DNA of 64,000 nt, from the NCBI GenBank assembly GCA_964247055.1, contig OZ176058.1, positions 2,604,001 to 2,668,000 on the forward strand, in the 5' to 3' direction. The notes under the pieces were generated by a model, which saw nothing but the letters and a program-made list of their open reading frames with translations, made no database searches and had not been told where the DNA came from. This document shows, piece after piece, positions 58,385 to 64,000 of this stretch. The position numbers and the translations under genes were made by a program. Every line of letters starts with the position of its first letter. The first letter of the stretch is position 1. This DNA comes from Paragordius varius. Lineage: Eukaryota > Animalia > Nematomorpha.

Positions 58385-61300
58385 ATGAATCACATTCGCA
58401 ATTGCGTGATATTGATTTTAGCATTGGAATTAAAAACTATCATTATTTTCTCAAATATGTGGTACAATATTGAAGGTATCTCTATAAATTTATATCATAT
58501 TCATTTTAGGACCCATTATAAAATTTAGTTTCATATTTTATATCTGGTTAAATTTGTTAGAAAATAGTAAAATTATGGACCCTTTTGATATAAAATATTG
58601 AGCGTTCTGATAAATCCTTGAACCATGCTTTTCAGTAAATGATATAATTCAGATGGCTCAAATGTCTAAAATATCTTAAAAGTTTATAGGTTAAAATTTT
58701 TCGACCCACCATTTTTGTAACTCGTATAAAAAAATGTCAAAAATTTACAAGTAAAAAGGGAAAAATATCGATTTTAAAAAGTGTATTATGAACCAGCTTC
58801 AATGCTTATTATATGGGCGTCAGAACTTTTATGACCAAAGTGAATTAATAACCCACATTGGCTACAAATAATTTTCCATTTATTTCGACTTTTGCTCAAT
58901 AACTTACAGTAAATATTGGAATTATACGGAAACGTAAAAATATAAAGACAATATTCTTTTCGATAAGACAACCATACTTTTTAACTTTTATTTTAAACAG
59001 TGGTAGGTAAAATTTTATACAAAAAAATTAAGGGTTAAAAAGTATGATCATCTTTTTAACTAAATATTTGTCTTTATATTTTTACGTTTTGTCCGTATAA
59101 TTTTAATTTTTATTATAATTAAGGGATTGGACACCGGATGCCCTAAAATGGAACCAAACCATTTTTTGGAGCTTTTCAGAAGCAAAAATTATAAAAAAGG
59201 GCAATCACGGTTTAAAAATATCAGAATTTAGATTTTTATATAATTTTAATTTGGTATTTAAGTAATTCTTTTAACCCGTTTTGTTTATTTTATTTTAATT
59301 ATGGTCGAGGGGTATATGTCGATACGGTGTAAAGACTTATCAATTTCACCTTTCTTTCCATTTTTAGACAATTTAATATAGCATTTACACCTCATATTCA
59401 CCACCCTTAAACATAAATTAATCTTACGGAAATCAAAAATTACATATAATATTTCAAGAATTTTATTAAAACTTGGCTATAAATTCATGCAGAAATTGTA
59501 AAAAACTATATTTCTCATAATATCTGTTTCGTTATAGGGCAAACAAATGTATTACAATGTCAACTGATAAACATAACTTTTCGACCGAATTTCCTTGAAA
59601 TATCTGCTGTTTCAAGAAACATAGATATCTACCAAGATGAGAAGTACATAAAAACAGTACGTAATTAATTCAAAACTCATGTAATAACTTAACAGATACA
59701 GTAAGGAGAGCTATTATTAACCATTTTGGCTTAAATGGCTAAAAGAGAATATTTACATGTGAATAGCAGTGTATGATATTTCATTATTAATTATATATAC
59801 CAGTTACATTATTACACTTAAACATTTCAAACACCCTTGAAGAATTCAATTTCACCCTCAAAAAATTGTGTTAAAATTAAAAATTACCTATATTTTTATA
59901 TAAATAAAATTTTATTTAAATTAAAATAATACTGAAAAAATAATAAACCACATAATGATATATTTTATATTAATAATGTCTTATATTACTTCGAATACAG
60001 ATAATTGTTTTTTAGAAGGAATTTAAATTTCGAGGGTGAATTCGAATTGTACAAGAATGAATATGAATTGTTCAAGGGTAATTTTAAATTGTTCATGTGT
60101 GAATTTACACTATAAATGATATAGCTATATATATAATTGTAAGAAAGTTTGGAGAAAATGTACAGTGACCCCTGTTCGCAATGATAAAACATGTTCGGAA
60201 CTAATAACTAATTATGATGGAAAATTATATGCATTGCAACAGACATGTTCCATTTAAAATACCGATATAGCCAAAAAAACTCTCTTTGCTGTATTCTTCT
60301 AACGACACATATCTCGTTTTTTAATATATAAACAAGAAATCATTGTTAAATTTTCATAGGTAGCATACATATAAAGTAAGGAGCATTATTATTGAGAAAT
60401 AGCATGCGAATGCAAAAACTAGTGTTGTTAACCAATAATATTTTACAGTCATGCCTTTATTTTATCAAGTATTTATTTTCTTTCGTTAAATGGGTATAGA
60501 TATTTGTTAAATGGAAAAAAACAAGAGCTCTAGAGTATTAACCAATCATATTCATCAAAAAAAGTATAAGAATTACCAGAGAGCTCTTGTTTTTTGCATT
60601 CTTTACCAAATATTTATACCCAAAGAAAAAAAAATTTTTTTGATATAAAGGATACATGATTGTATTGTATATGGCTATTTGGCAATATAAATTGAAAAAC
60701 AACTCATATTGTAAATTATTTCTTTTGGGCCAATAATTTGATACATTATGTAGATAATATTAATTATCATTTTAATTAATTTATCGAATTATTATTTTCC
60801 ATTTTCAAAAATCAAAAAGTCTAATACCGCAAATTATTTAATTTTAGTATCATGCTATATTCTGCATCAATGATCCTGGAAATTATGAACTTTATGCTGA
60901 TCATTATAGAGCTTGTATACTTACAGGTAATAAATAAATATTGAATGTATTTAGCACTGAGAGGGTAAATATTTCAGTATGTATTGTTTTGTATCTATAT
61001 TATATTTTATATTTTTAATGAAGAAAAAATATTAAGATTCATTATGCAAGAATTTTTGTTATTTTAACCGAGCCCTTCATTTTTAGGTTATTTTATTAAC
61101 GAAAGCAAATTTGAGTTTCAGTATGCTTAAAATAATTAATTTATTATTGAATCAAAAAAATTTATCAATAAAATTTCATAAAATTATCATTTCAACCTTT
61201 TTCACCGCCATTCGGTTCTAAAATGTAAATAATTCACTTTAAAAAGTTATAAGATTTTACCATTTTGGATAAAGTTTTACAAGTTACAAGACTAACCAAA

Positions 61301-62826
61301 ATTGTAATCGTCTTGATGTATTAAATAGTTTTGATAGCCCATTTATCAATAATAAATTTCCTTTTTATAAATTAAAAATCCATACAATCAATAATGTGTC
61401 TGTTAACTATATAAATATTAGTAAACTGCCTTATTTTGGTTACAGAGTGTTATAATTTGAAGCGCCATAGAGTTAACAGAAAAATTTGTTAAAACCTGGT
61501 TACAGCACATTCATTACAGTCCCCGATCAAATAGGGGTCTTTGGAGACCCCATGGCTGTTTAAAATAAAAATTTTGTAAAAAAATATGTAAAATTGAAAC
61601 CATAGCAAAAGTTCAATTATATAACATAGCGAAATATATTAACAATTAAAATTCCCACTTTATTTCAACAATTCGAATTCATCATAGTCACCCTTTAAAT
61701 TCACCCTAAAAATAAATAATGTGTTTTAGGGCTAATATAACTCCTCAATATGAATTATTTTTTTATGGCATAGTTTTTTATTTTTTAGTAATTATGTTAT
61801 AAAACAAAATTATATATTTTTAAAAATACAAAAAAATATAGTTTATTTTTAACATTTAAAAACACATGATTTATAAGGGGCAGTTTAAATTGTTCGATGT
61901 TTGCAAAAAAATTATTATATTATTTATTTTATAACCCGAACGTAAATATTTAGTCAACATGGCATGTGTGCATTTAAATATAAAAATATTGCAAATAAAC
62001 CGCTTTATCTGTTAATACCAATGTTATATGTGTTCAAATTGAAAATTAGCTTTAATTTTAGCATTAGAATCAAATAAACACGATATCAAAAATTTTGTAA
62101 AATAAAAATGGCATCAAAGTCATGGAATCATTTTTTTCAAAACTATATTCAGATATTTTTGTTTATGTAATTTTTATTTTGATAAAAAATTATAATTGAA
62201 ACCGTTTTTTTTCATTAGTTTTTAAAAAATATCAACTTAAATATAGTCTGGAGCAATTAGATACCCCAAATCGAATCATATTTACAATATATTTTCTAAA
62301 AAAATTCATCAGGATTATCATGGTGCGTTTGCTTTTGGTTTACTTAAAAAAATATTTCCATAGTAATTGCTCCATGTCAAAAATCCAATTTAGTCACATA
62401 TAATGTTTTAGGATAAAGCTAAATGCTTATTTAAAAATATCAATAACCTACATGTAACATAATATTTTTAAAATTAATATAGTAATAGAATAGATAATAA
62501 AACTTTTTAAAGGGGTTATTATATAACTAAAAATTATATATTCTAAATATATTTTCTGATGGGATAACGTATATAAAAATGTTTAAAGTTTTAAAAATCT
62601 CTGTTAGCATGGATATATTTACTAATTAAAAGTATTTTAAGAAATATAATCAAAACTCTATAGTTTTTATGAAATTTTACGTATTTTGTTTATGTAAAAA
62701 TTAGTCAAGAACATAACATCTACAATTGGAAACGGTTGTGAAAAAACAGTGCTTTTAGAAAATGCAACATGGATGGATTGTTATATACAGCCTGAATTTG
62801 TGATTAAATTTGGATGTTATAAATAA
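58385..62826 (+). CDS. Uncharacterised small secreted Cys-rich glycoprotein, 4 exons (58385-58475, 59538-59656, 60848-60926, 62705-62826), 136 aa
   Basis: Phase-compatible GT-AG introns give MNHIRNCVILILALELKTIIIFSNMWYNIEGQTNVLQCQLINITFRPNFLEISAVSRNIDIYQDEKYIKTYHAIFCINDPGNYELYADHYRACILTVKNITSTIGNGCEKTVLLENATWMDCYIQPEFVIKFGCYK*. It has a hydrophobic N-terminus, 6 Cys after it and 3 N-x-T sequons. No family recognised. Confidence 0.6.
59800..60118. mobile_element. MITE family A copy in intron 2 of the plus-strand gene
   Basis: 21-mers and core. Confidence 0.8.
60446..60662. mobile_element. Palindromic MITE family B copy
   Basis: TA|CAGTCATG...GGATACATGATTG|TA. Confidence 0.85.
61670..61885. 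mobile_element. MITE family A partial copy
   Basis: TTCACCCTAAAAATAAATAATGTG and core. Confidence 0.65.
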
Positions 62827-64000
62827 ATAATTTTTTAAATTTATCTATGGAATTCAGTGGAATTTTTCGACCGGACAAGTCTAATTTAAAAATACTCCAG
62901 AAAATGAAATTATACATACAAAATGCAAAATCTAAAAAAATATTTACAAAAGGCAACCATATGTTTTAAAACCTTTCAAAAAGATATAAATTATGTTAAC
63001 GCCAATAATAACAGTTTACTCTAGGTAAATGTGTCTTTTAGTTTTCGCGTTTTAATATTTTCATTTTTAATCTTTACAGGTTACTTTTAAATGATAAAAC
63101 ACTGGTGAGGCTAAATAATACGGTGTTATAAATTCTTTACATTAATATATCCATTTTAATTTAGCATTTATTCAAATAGCTATTAAAATACATTATTACA
63201 TTAATAATAGCCCTTTTACATTTTAAATTTAGCTTGACGCCATTTTTTGTAAAATAATTTAAATAATATTGAAATATCTCTCTATGTTAATTCACCCATT
63301 TTTAATATATGTGATAGGTTGACTAGTTCAGGGACTTATTTGAATATTAATTAATGTCATTTAAAGTAACTTAAATTTAATAATAAAGCTGGATTTTTAA
63401 TATCTCAACAAAAGTTAAATTTTAAGTTTTAACACTTGGATACAACACATTCATTCTAGACCTTCAATTCAAATTGGGGTAGTTAAATACCCCAGACCTG
63501 TTTAAAATTATATTCTTAAAAAAATATGGAATGAATCGAAACCATGACAAAATTTTGCACTTATATAACATTAATAAACCGAAATATGTAAAAAAAAATT
63601 ATTTAAAAATACTTGATATTATTTATTTTAAGCTAAAACCGAAAGGTAAAAATTTGGTCAACGTGACATGTGTGCAATGGTAAATTTAAAAATAATACAA
63701 AATAAACCGCTTTTTCTATTTCTATCAATGTTAGATATAATTTAACTAAAAAATTAGCTTTAATTATGCCCTCAAAAGTAATTAAGACAGTATTTTGCAA
63801 AAATTTTGTAAAATAAAAATGGCGTCGAAGTAGTTTGACATAGAAAATTTTTTCAAAACAAAGTTTTATTTAGATATTTTGGAAAATTTATATAATTTTT
63901 ATAAGAATAGAAGAAATTTAAATTTGGACTGTTTCATTCAGTAATTTTTCGAAAATCCTAACCTAAATTTAGACTGATGTGAATTTAAGTCAGTAAGATA

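Noticed and set aside
63080-63104. Small AG/GT-flanked segment (TTTACAG|...|GTGAGG) as a fifth exon of the plus-strand gene
   Set aside because: No phase-2 donor in exon 4 to join it, and exon 4 ends in a stop

Overview
Very AT-rich eukaryotic (metazoan, probably invertebrate; species not identifiable) genomic DNA. Most of the window (65-55213, minus strand) is one 41-exon gene encoding a TMEM131 orthologue. I reconstructed it by hand: all introns are GT-AG and phase-compatible, and the CDS is 8709 nt (about 2902 aa), inflated by Asn/Ser-rich inserts. A second, divergently oriented 4-exon gene (58385-62826, plus strand), not shown in the ORF track, encodes a 136-aa putative secreted 6-Cys glycoprotein. 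The introns are packed with non-autonomous DNA transposons (about 22 copies of one MITE family, several palindromic CAGT-ended families, hAT/Charlie-like MITEs). One intron holds a 4.4-kb decayed Chapaev3-like transposon whose transposase fragment has been inverted-duplicated into a long hairpin. The most unusual pattern is 'exon-junction echoes': seven splice junctions of five TMEM131 exons (8, 11, 12, 18, 19) are followed or preceded by tandem, progressively decaying 150-300 bp copies of the half-exon plus its splice site. No rRNA, tRNA or CRISPR array is supported. All family assignments come from recalled motifs, not database searches, and repeat boundaries are approximate.
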